A stretch of DNA of 64,000 nucleotides from Cyanidioschyzon merolae (Eukaryota): NCBI GenBank assembly GCA_000091205.1, contig AP006494.2; one strand, 5' to 3'. Both the position numbers and the translations under genes were made by a program. Position 1 is the stretch's first letter; each line of letters begins with the position of its first letter. The notes under the pieces were generated by a model that saw nothing but the letters and a program-made list of their open reading frames with translations, was not told the DNA's origin and did no database searches. Below, piece by piece: positions 54,748 to 64,000 of this stretch.

Positions 54748-56346
54748 TCCGATCGTAGACGACATGTCTAGCGATCTCAAGCCGTCCTCCGTGGTGAGGC
54801 GGAAGCAGCGATGCAGGCCTGCGCCTCGCAAAGACTCCGGTAATGACCATGCTGCACAGCATCCTGGATACCTGGTGACGCAGAGGCGGTCGCTGCTGCT
54901 CCGGGAATGCACCATAGCGAACACGCGCACAGCCGTTCGCAGCGGCGCTGGTCGAATACAACGCCCACCTGCACGGAAATAACACGCTGGAGAAGCACCA
55001 GATGGAGTTACCAACAGGCTGCGAATTCGCGGTATCCGTTGTCGTCGTCGCACCTGAGACGTGTTCTGCTCATTGGCATGCCCGAACGGAAGCATCCGGA
55101 CTCGATTTCGTTTCTCCAGTGCACACCGCAGCTGTGAGATCGTTCCCAGCAGTCCATGAAGCTCGTCAGTCTTCGCATCCGCAGCAGTGCTTTAGGCTAG
55201 CAGGTCTCAGCGCAAAAGGCGCTGCGCGTTATGCTCCACTCGGCGTCGTTCTAGGCTGCGCGTTGGCGTCAACTGTCGTCGATGTCGGTGCATCGTGCGG
55301 CGTCGCGATGTCAGCCTGTGGCACCCGCCTTGCACCCGTTAGCTTCATTCGAATTCACGCGTGTCTGGGACACAGCTTTGTAGGCAGCGGCGACGAGTCC
55401 GGTGGCGCTTCGGCACTGCCAGCAGCAAGCTGCGGTGCCGATGCCATTCCTCCCCATGGCGCCAGACGCATCGCTCGTGAGTGCGAGCTTGCACCAGACC
55501 GGGTTGGGGACTGCTTTTCCTTCTGCCTGCTGTTTTGCTCTATGCATTTTCCGCGTTATTCACTGAGCAAGACTAGAAACCTCAAGCTCAGCACTCAACG
55601 TCGCGGGCATAAACTTTCGCGTCCAGAGCCCATGGAACTATGCTTGTTGCGGGGAGCGCGCATTGGCCTTCCGCGCGGCGCTCACGTCCTCCAAAACCAG
55701 AACCTCTTTCCGTAACTCGCTTCTTCGCAAGAAAGGTTGCAAGCATGGTGAACTTTCAAGTACAAGTCAAACAGGCCCGTACTGCTCCATGGAATTCGTG
55801 CGATTCCACAATCTCAACGTGTCGGCAGCTGCGGTTCACCCCAGGTGCTCTCACGGTAACTTGGAAAGACCCAGCGCTGTGCAACGTTGAGCTTCACTTC
55901 GACGCTAGACGCAAGGCCAGCAAGAACTCGCGTTCCGCGAACTCACTTGTCTACCTAGCTGCGTGTCGCTGGTTCCGCGAGGCTAGAAACACTTTCTCAT
56001 TCTCGAACTTGAGCTGCGAACGTTTTGCGTTACCCAGTTTAGCGCTTGTCCGCGCGGAGCTCAACGCGGTTACACAAGAGCCCCGTGACGCCCAAGTCCT
56101 TTCAAAGTGTGCTCCGATTGAGGCTTCCTAGCGATCCGAGAAATGACACATAATCTTCCAGCGCATATCTGCAGAAACGGTGCAGCAGTTGCAGACGGTG
56201 GGTGTCGCCACGAGTGCAGCGCTGTTGTAACTAGACATTATGAGACAGAAAGACATATCCACCTCGTACGCCACTTCACACAGGCCTCTGCGCTTTTCAC
56301 CAAGTTTTCGTAGATCCGTTTAACCCAGTTCGAACTTCGATTTACC

Positions 56347-59300
56347 ATGACCAGCGGTCAGGGCGGGGGCGGTTCAGCTACACCGGAAGAGTCTTCGGTT
56401 GTCGGAACGCTGCAAACCGCATCGAACGATGCGGTTCAGAGAACGCTGGATCGAGCAACAAAGCGAACTCGTAGGACGGACGCCGCAAACGCCGCTGCAG
56501 CACCGCAAGCACCCACTCGCATAGTGCGGGAAGCTCGTCGTGCAGCACTGGAAGCTCTGAAGCGATTGAACGTGGCGGATGTTGAGGTCGCTGAAGAAAG
56601 CCCAGACACGAAGCCTCCGCGTCGCACTGTTCCAACCACAGCCCTGCAGGAGAATCCGCGCGCACTCTCGCCCGCAGCGGACCTCGAGAAGGATATAGAG
56701 TGGGAGTCTGCTTGGACAGAGGGTGCGGCAGAGCAGCCATCTCCTGTGCAAACAAAAGACCAGCTAGAAGTTGTTCTCGAGCTCGACGAAGAGGGTACAG
56801 ATAGCGCGAGCGGGGTGTCCCGTTCGCAAGCTGACTCCACTGGCTCAGACGCTGATCATAGGGCTGCGAAGCGCCGGCGAGGATCACTTGCAACCAAGCG
56901 AAAAATGACCAAGACATTTTCCGCTGCAGAGCGTGCCAATGCTTTACGCATACATCGCATACATCTTCTATGTATGCTGGCGTCGTCGCTCACTTTCGAT
57001 CGACTTTCCAGTGCGGCAACTATCCAGGCCCGCGCACTCTCCCTAGTTCCATGCGAGGTAATCGAGCGTTTTGACCGAATCCCTGAAGATGCCCTTAGGG
57101 AGACTTCGTCTAGTCTTGCAGAGGCTTTGACGTATTTTGTGGTCTGGTTTGCGTCGAACTACCGGCAGTCATCGTTCCCCTGTGAGGTATGCTGCCCCGA
57201 CGAATCAGGATATTCAGTGCCAGTTCCACGCACACCACATACCCGTCTAGAGCACGCTATGCTGCATGGCTTGGGTGGTGAACAAGAGCTGGTTGCTCTT
57301 GCATGCGCCATGCTACGAGCGTTGCTCGGTCGTTTGAACTTTCAGTCGCAAGCGCGGCCTGAGGGCAAGCGCGTGCAGTCCGCCCCAGTTCCCGATGGCA
57401 GCACTGTGCTGCTGAAGAGATACGGACTCGTGCGATTCGTTGCAGGCCCAAATATAATTGGCCGCAAACCCGAGCACTTGGAACTTGTCGATCAGGGATC
57501 TGGTTTACCGACTTGGCAAGCACGACTTTCGGCCATCCTGGAGCATTGGTTTCCTCCAGCTCCAGCCGATGTGCCTCCATCGAAAAAGCAATGTCCATTG
57601 GAACCACCACTCAATCGGAAACGACCCGGTAAGCCACTGCGGAACTCTCGATCGTCGCACGGTCTACAGCAGAAGCATGCGATGCAGGCACATGGAGTCG
57701 AAGCGCAGCCGCCCGCGGTACACTCGAAGGCGTCGACTTTGGATGCAGACACTGGAGAAGCCTCGTTGCCGCGACGCGCCCTTGAATCGCCGCAAGTGCG
57801 GCAACGTGACGTTCATCATCAGCAGCAGCAAGCTGGACGCGGCCTCTCGACAAGCAAAACCCAAAGAACGCGCCAGAACTGGCTTACGCGCGACAGCAAA
57901 CGTACCGCAAGTGCGCTCGAGTCCGCTGAGCGCTACTCCAATCCAAGAGGCAATACGCGTTCGACATACTTATGGGCGTATCAGATTCAATCGGCTTTTC
58001 TCGCGCCGTGGAGAGTGGGCGTGAACATATCTCCGCAGGTTGCCCATCGTCGCACAGCCGAGTCGAGCGATCGGAGCTCGCAGGCCAGAAAGACGGGTAG
58101 ATTATGGTCCTTGTCTGTTCCTGGTCGATGGAATCTCACGAACGCGGATCCTTACCGAGTGCCGCAATACTGGCTGGAGGTATGGGATCCGACTCAACAG
58201 CACTGGATCCATCTCGATCCGATGCGATGCTTGGTCGACGACCCGCTAGCCGTCACGGTGCTGCCTTGGTGGACCCGTACGACGCGGCCTCTGCCCCGGT
58301 CCGCGGCAACTGGCCAGCGGGATCGGCACCTGAATCCGTCTAAGACAAGATCCCTGAAAGGAGACGTTTCCAACGAACCACGGGAAGAAGACGACGGTGA
58401 CGGTAATCGTATCCAACGACCGAAGCGACGCTCATCAAGGCTGCGTCCCGATGCAACATACAATGAGATGGATGGGCGCAGTGGAGATCGCTCACAGAGC
58501 GAGAGCGACACGGCGTCGAGCGAGCTCGAGACTCCCGAGCTCCCCACGAATCGATGGAAACGGGAGCGTGCCGAACGAGTTGTCCCGTATATCTTCGCGC
58601 TGGAGCATGGATTTGGACGTGACGTCACCCGCCGCTACACAACCCGGTTCCAACCTGTACTCGAGGCTCGCAGTCTTGACGGTCATCGCTACTGGACCGA
58701 GGAGGTGCTCCCAATGCTGAGCCCCTTTCAGCCACGCACACACCTGATTGAAACAGAGCACGACGCTATCGACGACGACGCGTTCAGGGAACGCAGCACG
58801 CTCTGGAATGCACTGGACAATTTGGAGCAAAATGAATTTTGGGGATTACATGAAGCGGAACCCATTCCTCGATCCATTTCTGCGCTGAAAAATCACCCCG
58901 CTTTTGTGCTTGAGGAACATTTGAAAAAGTATGAGGCGATTCATCCGAAGCTTGCCATCGGAAACATCCAACGCATCCAGCCAAACGGACGGATTCAAAC
59001 TATACCTGTCTACCGTCGACGAGATGTTCACCTGTTGCATACCCGGGAGCGCTGGTTTCGTGAATGCCGAATCGTTCGGGAGAGCGAGCTGCCCTACAAA
59101 ATCGTGCAATCGTTCATGTCCCGTTTTCGACAACGTCGTGAAGAACGACGTAGAGAACGGCGCCAGCAAGCACCTGAAGAGCTCGAGGATTCGTCGACTG
59201 CCACCGCAGGTCCGACGGAACTATTCGGTATTTGGCAGACGGACCCCATGCCGCGACCTCGAGCTGAAAATGGTATTGTCCCTCGATGTGGCCTGCGGGG

Positions 59301-59889
59301 CAATATCGAGCTCTGGACGCCGAATCACCTGCCTCTGGGAACAACGCATGTCGACTTGCCTTTCGCTGCCATGTTTGCGCGCCGTCTCGGCTTTGACTTC
59401 GTACCAGCGATGGTCGGTTTTGAGGTACGAGCATGCGGCTTCGTTCCAGCTATTCGCGGTGTCGTCGTCTGCACCGAAAACGCTGCAGCGCTTACGGATG
59501 CATGTGAAGCAGAGATCAAGCGGCGACGAGAACGAGCCGAAAAAAGGATGCGAGAGGACGCGCTGCGACGCTGGCGACAACTCATTCGGACTATTGTAGC
59601 GAAAGAGCGTTTGAGGAAACGATATGGCGGATTTCAGGTCCAGGACACGAATGCAACGTTCTCCAGTCGCAAAGCGGGCAAGCAGACGTCTTCATCGTCT
59701 GCCGCGGAACCCGCGAAACGAGAACGCGTGCCTGCCGCAACCGCTGCAGGAGCAGACGACGACGCTGATCAGCGTGCCGCCCATGAACACGAGTGGGTCT
59801 TTGTGGGCGCTTCGAATTCCCAGGATGCTCTCGGGCGCAAGCAGTGTGCACTCTGTGGTCTCTGCGTCACCTACGAGTCTCTGTTGTGA
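56347..59889 (+). CDS. RAD4: XPC/Rad4 DNA damage-recognition protein (nucleotide excision repair)
   Basis: The transglutaminase-like domain YWLEVWDPTQQHWIHLDPMRCLVDDP matches XPC ([24 protein letters not shown]). The BHD region NHPAFVLEEHLKKYEAIHPK...VYRRRDVHLLHTRERWFRECRIVRESELPYKIV matches XPC (HPLYALKRHLLKYEAIYPE...[33 protein letters not shown]). IVPRCGLRGNIELWTPNHLPLG is BHD3-like. The N-terminal ~250 aa are acidic and disordered. Confidence 0.85.
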   Translation: MTSGQGGGGSATPEESSVVGTLQTASNDAVQRTLDRATKRTRRTDAANAAAAPQAPTRIVREARRAALEALKRLNVADVEVAEESPDTKPPRRTVPTTALQENPRALSPAADLEKDIEWESAWTEGAAEQPSPVQTKDQLEVVLELDEEGTDSASGVSRSQADSTGSDADHRAAKRRRGSLATKRKMTKTFSAAERANALRIHRIHLLCMLASSLTFDRLSSAATIQARALSLVPCEVIERFDRIPEDALRETSSSLAEALTYFVVWFASNYRQSSFPCEVCCPDESGYSVPVPRTPHTRLEHAMLHGLGGEQELVALACAMLRALLGRLNFQSQARPEGKRVQSAPVPDGSTVLLKRYGLVRFVAGPNIIGRKPEHLELVDQGSGLPTWQARLSAILEHWFPPAPADVPPSKKQCPLEPPLNRKRPGKPLRNSRSSHGLQQKHAMQAHGVEAQPPAVHSKASTLDADTGEASLPRRALESPQVRQRDVHHQQQQAGRGLSTSKTQRTRQNWLTRDSKRTASALESAERYSNPRGNTRSTYLWAYQIQSAFLAPWRVGVNISPQVAHRRTAESSDRSSQARKTGRLWSLSVPGRWNLTNADPYRVPQYWLEVWDPTQQHWIHLDPMRCLVDDPLAVTVLPWWTRTTRPLPRSAATGQRDRHLNPSKTRSLKGDVSNEPREEDDGDGNRIQRPKRRSSRLRPDATYNEMDGRSGDRSQSESDTASSELETPELPTNRWKRERAERVVPYIFALEHGFGRDVTRRYTTRFQPVLEARSLDGHRYWTEEVLPMLSPFQPRTHLIETEHDAIDDDAFRERSTLWNALDNLEQNEFWGLHEAEPIPRSISALKNHPAFVLEEHLKKYEAIHPKLAIGNIQRIQPNGRIQTIPVYRRRDVHLLHTRERWFRECRIVRESELPYKIVQSFMSRFRQRREERRRERRQQAPEELEDSSTATAGPTELFGIWQTDPMPRPRAENGIVPRCGLRGNIELWTPNHLPLGTTHVDLPFAAMFARRLGFDFVPAMVGFEVRACGFVPAIRGVVVCTENAAALTDACEAEIKRRRERAEKRMREDALRRWRQLIRTIVAKERLRKRYGGFQVQDTNATFSSRKAGKQTSSSSAAEPAKRERVPAATAAGADDDADQRAAHEHEWVFVGASNSQDALGRKQCALCGLCVTYESLL

Positions 59890-61872
59890 TCATTGGGATC
59901 GTTCGAAACGGAGCGGCGTTTGCGGAACGCACGGTTTGTCGAGCGTCCGGTTCACGACAGATGCCAGGAACGCGTGCGTCGCAAGGCGTACGCGAGAAAC
60001 GTGCTTTCCGGCCAGAAGGGTTCGAGTTTTTTATGCTGTACGATGGATGCATTGAGCGTAAGAGTTTCTGTACCATGGGTTTTGTGAATGGCCCTGGCCC
60101 AAGTTAGTCAGCATCAAATAGAACGTGAACGCTCATTTTGGTGCACATGCTATTGTTCCCAGTGCCAGCAAAAGCATCCTCTGCAGGCTGATTTTTTTGC
60201 GTATGCTTCCGTTCTCTTCTCGATAGTCTTCGGATTTGAATACGTGAGTCTCTCCTTTGTTTCAAGCTGCTTTGCAAACAGAAATTGGATGTGCATAGCA
60301 ATGTAAATGATCCGATTCCACAATTAAGCTATTCTCGAGGCATTTCATGGAGATGCAAAACTTGCGATCGACGCCTCGTTTGCCATAGTCATCAGGTGTG
60401 TAGAGAACCTCGGTGCGACCTCCGCACCAGCAGTGACACTTGATTGTGGTCAGGCGTTTGCATCTATGTAGTCCGAGCCTCCTGTTCCGAGCGCTGCTCT
60501 GCGGCACGCGAGCGTTTGCTTCAACGCTTGGTACATGCCCTCGACGGGTGCAGCGAGCTCCCGTCCATGCCCTAGCTCAACGCCGCGCCCACTACCGTTT
60601 TATAAAGATGTCGGGCATGTTATGGACGTTCCACGTGACACATACGCGGACGAAAGCACACGCAAGCGAAAGCAGTCCCGTTCGCCAGCGGATTTGTGAA
60701 CCGCCAGAGCATCGATGGAGTATTCAGGCTCGAGATCAAGTCGAGACAAATTTCGATCAGCCAACGCTCTTTTCCTATAAAGTTTTGACGCAAGCTACCC
60801 TCATAGCAGTTGCCACGACAAGTGAATTCCGAGTCCAAAACGCTCTTCCATCCAAACAGAAGAGACGGACGCTCGTGATACCATATCGTATGAAGGGGTC
60901 TCATGCTGGTCCTATCGAATGCTGCTTCGTCGACGGATACAAACTGAGGACGACTTGCGTTTCGAATGTCACTGATTCCTTGAATTTACATATTCAGGGA
61001 ACATTCGGCGTGCGCTTGTTAACAGGTCATCCGGAGACGACGATCAACTTTTCTTCGTCGTCAGTCCGGCGGTGCAAATCGGGAAGCCCACTTGTCACCC
61101 TGAAATACACAGATCAAAAACATGACGAATGCGTGATGTGCGCACGCTGCATGTGAGGAAACGAGAGGCGTGGGTGCTTGTCATCGACTGTCGCGGCTGG
61201 GCATCCCGGGAAACGTTGCAAGAACTGAAAATCAGGACCAAATCGCGTATTTCCGTATTCCATTTTCGTCGGATACTCGTGTAGGCGGATGCAATGTTCC
61301 TTGCGAATTCACAATGCAAGCACATAACCACGTAAGCAAACCGCCACACTTGTATGCATAAAGGCCCGTATGCTAGCATGCAAAGGTGACGCTAAGTTCG
61401 GCACAACTGCCGGTCAGTGCGCCTGCAGCGTACCCCCGGAGGATGTCCACGAAGCGCGTTGACGAGTGCTGTTCACTACGCGCATGCTTCGCAACCTCAC
61501 AGATATGAATATTTACCGTTCGCGGCTTGGTTTCGCGCAAAACAGCTTTAGGCAGACGAACATTGCGGTTTACTGACAGAGACATATCGATTGGAAAGCG
61601 TCTAGTGAGTCCTGATGATCGCGCTCACCATCGGTCTGGAGCCGCTGAATCAGAGCACGTGCTCTCATCAACGGGAATCCGTTGCTTTTCCTGGTGCTTG
61701 CGCGCCATGCGTCCACCGTTCAGTAGCGCGTCTGGCCGGGCGTGTTGCCTGCCGGCTTTCGTAGACGAAAACGCATACTGGGCGTGCACCAAAATCCACA
61801 GCAGGTACGGACATACGAATCCATACAAGAGACCTGGGCGCCTGTCCTCGCGAGCGTATGGTGCATGCCATT

Positions 61873-62502
61873 TTACGTCACTTGTTTAAGCGTAAATACC
61901 TGTTCGCAAAGTGGGCAAACTGCGGGTTGATCTTTCCGCACTTCGAGCCAGTAGAGGTCGTGATCATTGGGTGCAGCGGGACCCGTGCAACCCACGATAC
62001 GGCTGTTGTAGGCGCTCTCGACCATAACCGGAGCATCCATGGTCCCGAAAGGCCCGCGGATAACTTCGTTGTGTTTGAAAAGGTCGGGGTACTCCAGCTC
62101 CAAACGCTCCAGTCCGGTTGCTTGATCCTCCGCGGTGGGCATCGCTCCAGGCGGCGCTCCCCGAACCGGCGGCTGCAAGTCCGTGGCTTCATCATTTGAT
62201 GTGTCCATAGCTGCCGAGGCACGCGGCGGCGACAGCGAGGCACTCGAACCGCTGGCTTTGGTCGCGATGCTCGCGCAGCAGGGCACGCTCGGCTGTAGCG
62301 CTGACCGCCTCGTACGCCCACCAGGAACTAAAAGTCCACTGCTACGCCACCAGAACCAATACCCTTGCGGAAATGTCTTATCCTTATGTACGGGTACGTC
62401 AAGGATCTCAAGGTTGCGCCAACGCGTGCTCGTGCTCGTTGCGCGCGCTAATGTGCGCCTTAAGAGCGCATCCAAGCCACCGCACACCAAGAACCGTTGC
62501 AT
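61873..62502 (-). CDS. COX5B: Cytochrome c oxidase subunit 5b (zinc-binding, COX5B/yeast Cox4 type) with N-terminal extension or presequence. The true start may be an internal Met.
   Basis: MPTAEDQATGLERLELEYPDLF...IVGCTGPAAPNDHDLYWLEVRKDQPAVCPLCEQVFTLKQV aligns to COX5B (PTDEEQATGLEREV...[36 protein letters not shown]), including the C-x20-C-x2-C zinc site. Confidence 0.75.
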   Translation of the reverse strand: MQRFLVCGGLDALLRRTLARATSTSTRWRNLEILDVPVHKDKTFPQGYWFWWRSSGLLVPGGRTRRSALQPSVPCCASIATKASGSSASLSPPRASAAMDTSNDEATDLQPPVRGAPPGAMPTAEDQATGLERLELEYPDLFKHNEVIRGPFGTMDAPVMVESAYNSRIVGCTGPAAPNDHDLYWLEVRKDQPAVCPLCEQVFTLKQVT

Positions 62503-62730
62503 GCTGGCGTGTCCTCTATTCGAAACAGCTTACCACTGCGAACAGCACCGTTGAAAGCCCACGACGTCGGAACAGCTTACAAGGTTTCGTCGCAGTCCGT
62601 GCTGGTCTACCAAAGTCTCAGGGGGTGCTCTGTGTATCTATGTGGAATGCTCACGACTGACGTTCGAGCGAACATTGCCCTGCCGTCGCGATGGCGATCG
62701 GGCGGAGGAACGGCACGGCGGCGGCGCAGC

Positions 62731-63010
62731 ATGCGACGCGTCTATGCACGTATGCGATGCATCTATGCACGTATGTGTGTGCGTCTATGCATGCGTGCTG
62801 TGCATCTATGCACGTATGCGATGCATCTATGCACGTATGTGTGTGCTTCTATGCACGTATGCGGCGCGTCTATGCATGCGTGCGATGCATCTATGCACGT
62901 GCGTGCTGTGCATCTATGCACGTATGCGATGCATCTAGGCACGTATGCGACGCGTCTATGCACGTATGTGTGTACATCTATGCGTGCGTGCTGTGCGTGT
63001 GCGTGTGTGG
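62731..63010. repeat. 21-bp minisatellite, about 13 imperfect copies (unit tctatgcacgtatgcgatgca), about 230 bp upstream of the COX5B start on the minus strand
   Basis: Read directly from the sequence. The ORF track translates it as MHLCTYVCASMHVC-type repeats on both strands. Confidence 0.85.
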
Positions 63011-64000
63011 GCGTTCCAGACTATGCGGTGCGTTTGCTGGTCGATATCGCGAGTGAATGGGGCGCTCGTGATCGCCCCTGTGCTGTGTGCAGTCGTGGAG
63101 GTTGTGCAGAGAGCGACGTAAGCGCAACAACTGGGAGCAGGTAGTCAACGGTGATGATAAACAAGATGAACAAGAAGAAGATAATGATGACGACCATCAT
63201 CATCTACGACCGCGTGCTTTCTTTTGCATCATTTCTCGTCAGCGTCGATGCTGGCTGCTTGGCTTTTCTCGCGAACTATTGTGTGTTACGATGAGGCAAA
63301 GTCGTGCTGTCCTGGTGCGGCGCTAGCAGCATCGTTGCGTCGATCAGGCCTCGATACCTCTGTGGAGCGCATTGTTCTGCGTTTGGTGGAATCTGGACAT
63401 GTATGCGTGTGCGCAGGGAGGCTCTGGACTTTGGATGAAAAACTCCGTGACCACGAGAGGCGGAATGAGATTCTCGCCTGGAGCACCGTACTAGTACTGA
63501 ACGGTTCAGCATTGCTGCAAAGCTGGTGCGCCACATATTGATGTATATTGGAAACGGTCATCGTGGCCGCTCAGTGGCTGATAACCATGTACCATTATTC
63601 GATAGTACTGCGTTTAAAAGAAACGTTTAGTAAATGAGTCTTTTTTTCGATAAACGGTGTCCCTCAAAAGTCGATTGCGTTCCCGAGAGCGTCCAGCTTG
63701 AATCCCTGGACAAGGCCAGCGATCGTCTCCGCGGTATCCAGGTTCACGAGGTACGCGCTGTGCGCCTGCATCATCAGGAGACCACGTTGGGCCTCCTTGG
63801 TTCATCTACATGCCCATATAGCGCTTCAAGAATCCCATCTCCATACGACATCATTGTGTTCGTTTCAAACCTTGTACTTGGGGTAGTTGGCAGCTGCGCG
63901 CGCAAATCGTTCATAGTAACGAGCTGTTCTCCCGAGGCGATCAGCACTTGAACGAGTACTTGTTAACGTCTGTGCTTTTGATGCGGTGCGGTGATTTCGT

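Noticed and set aside
55002-55715. 237-aa ORF (MELPTGCEFAVSVVVVAPE...), and similarly the 238-aa ORF at 60440-61156
   Set aside because: They have no recognisable domain and a Cys/Ala/Gly-rich, irregular composition. They may be real lineage-specific genes, but the sequence alone gives no support. I left them unannotated rather than call hypothetical proteins.
1-64000. Prokaryotic defence, toxin-antitoxin or mobile-element system implied by the task framing
   Set aside because: No bacterial-type gene organisation is present. There are no operons, RBS-spaced ORFs, integrases, transposases, restriction or Cas-like proteins. Every recognisable gene is a eukaryotic nuclear housekeeping gene, several with mitochondrial presequences.

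Overview
This window looks like GC-rich eukaryotic nuclear DNA, not a prokaryotic locus. It carries about 20 mostly intronless, housekeeping-type protein genes on both strands, roughly one per 2.5 to 3 kb, separated by simple-sequence and minisatellite repeats. There are no operons, CRISPR arrays or phage/defence modules. Genes I can recognise from conserved protein motifs are listed below, grouped by confidence.

High confidence:
- actin-related protein
- ASH2-like SPRY protein (COMPASS)
- PanB
- TFIIB
- class-I/II aminotransferase
- acyl-CoA dehydrogenase
- SDR oxidoreductase
- SLC35B-type nucleotide-sugar transporter
- SRP68
- mitochondrial GrpE
- DegP/HtrA protease
- Ssn6/Cyc8-type TPR corepressor
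- leucine carboxyl methyltransferase (LCMT)
- XPC/Rad4
- COX5B

Moderate confidence:
- Tim17/22/23-family membrane protein
- GNAT acetyltransferase
- small DUF2256-type zinc-ribbon protein

The most interesting call is a Su(z)12/EMF2-like Polycomb (PRC2) subunit. It has a C2H2 zinc finger and a clear VEFS-box, and is split across two overlapping reading frames (24527-26182 and 26014-28185). I read it as one gene interrupted by a short intron, a frameshift, or a pseudogene lesion.

Non-genic structure includes:
- a 681-bp dispersed repeat present as two ~98%-identical inverted copies 40.7 kb apart (2390-3070 and 43769-44449), plus a degenerate third copy near 32300-32480
- three minisatellites (72 bp x3, 68-69 bp x8, 21 bp x13)
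- CTG and CAG trinucleotide tracts, and GT/TATC microsatellites
- a perfect 42-bp palindrome at 7770-7811

I found no rRNA or tRNA genes. All calls come from reading the ORF translations and the DNA directly; no database search was run.
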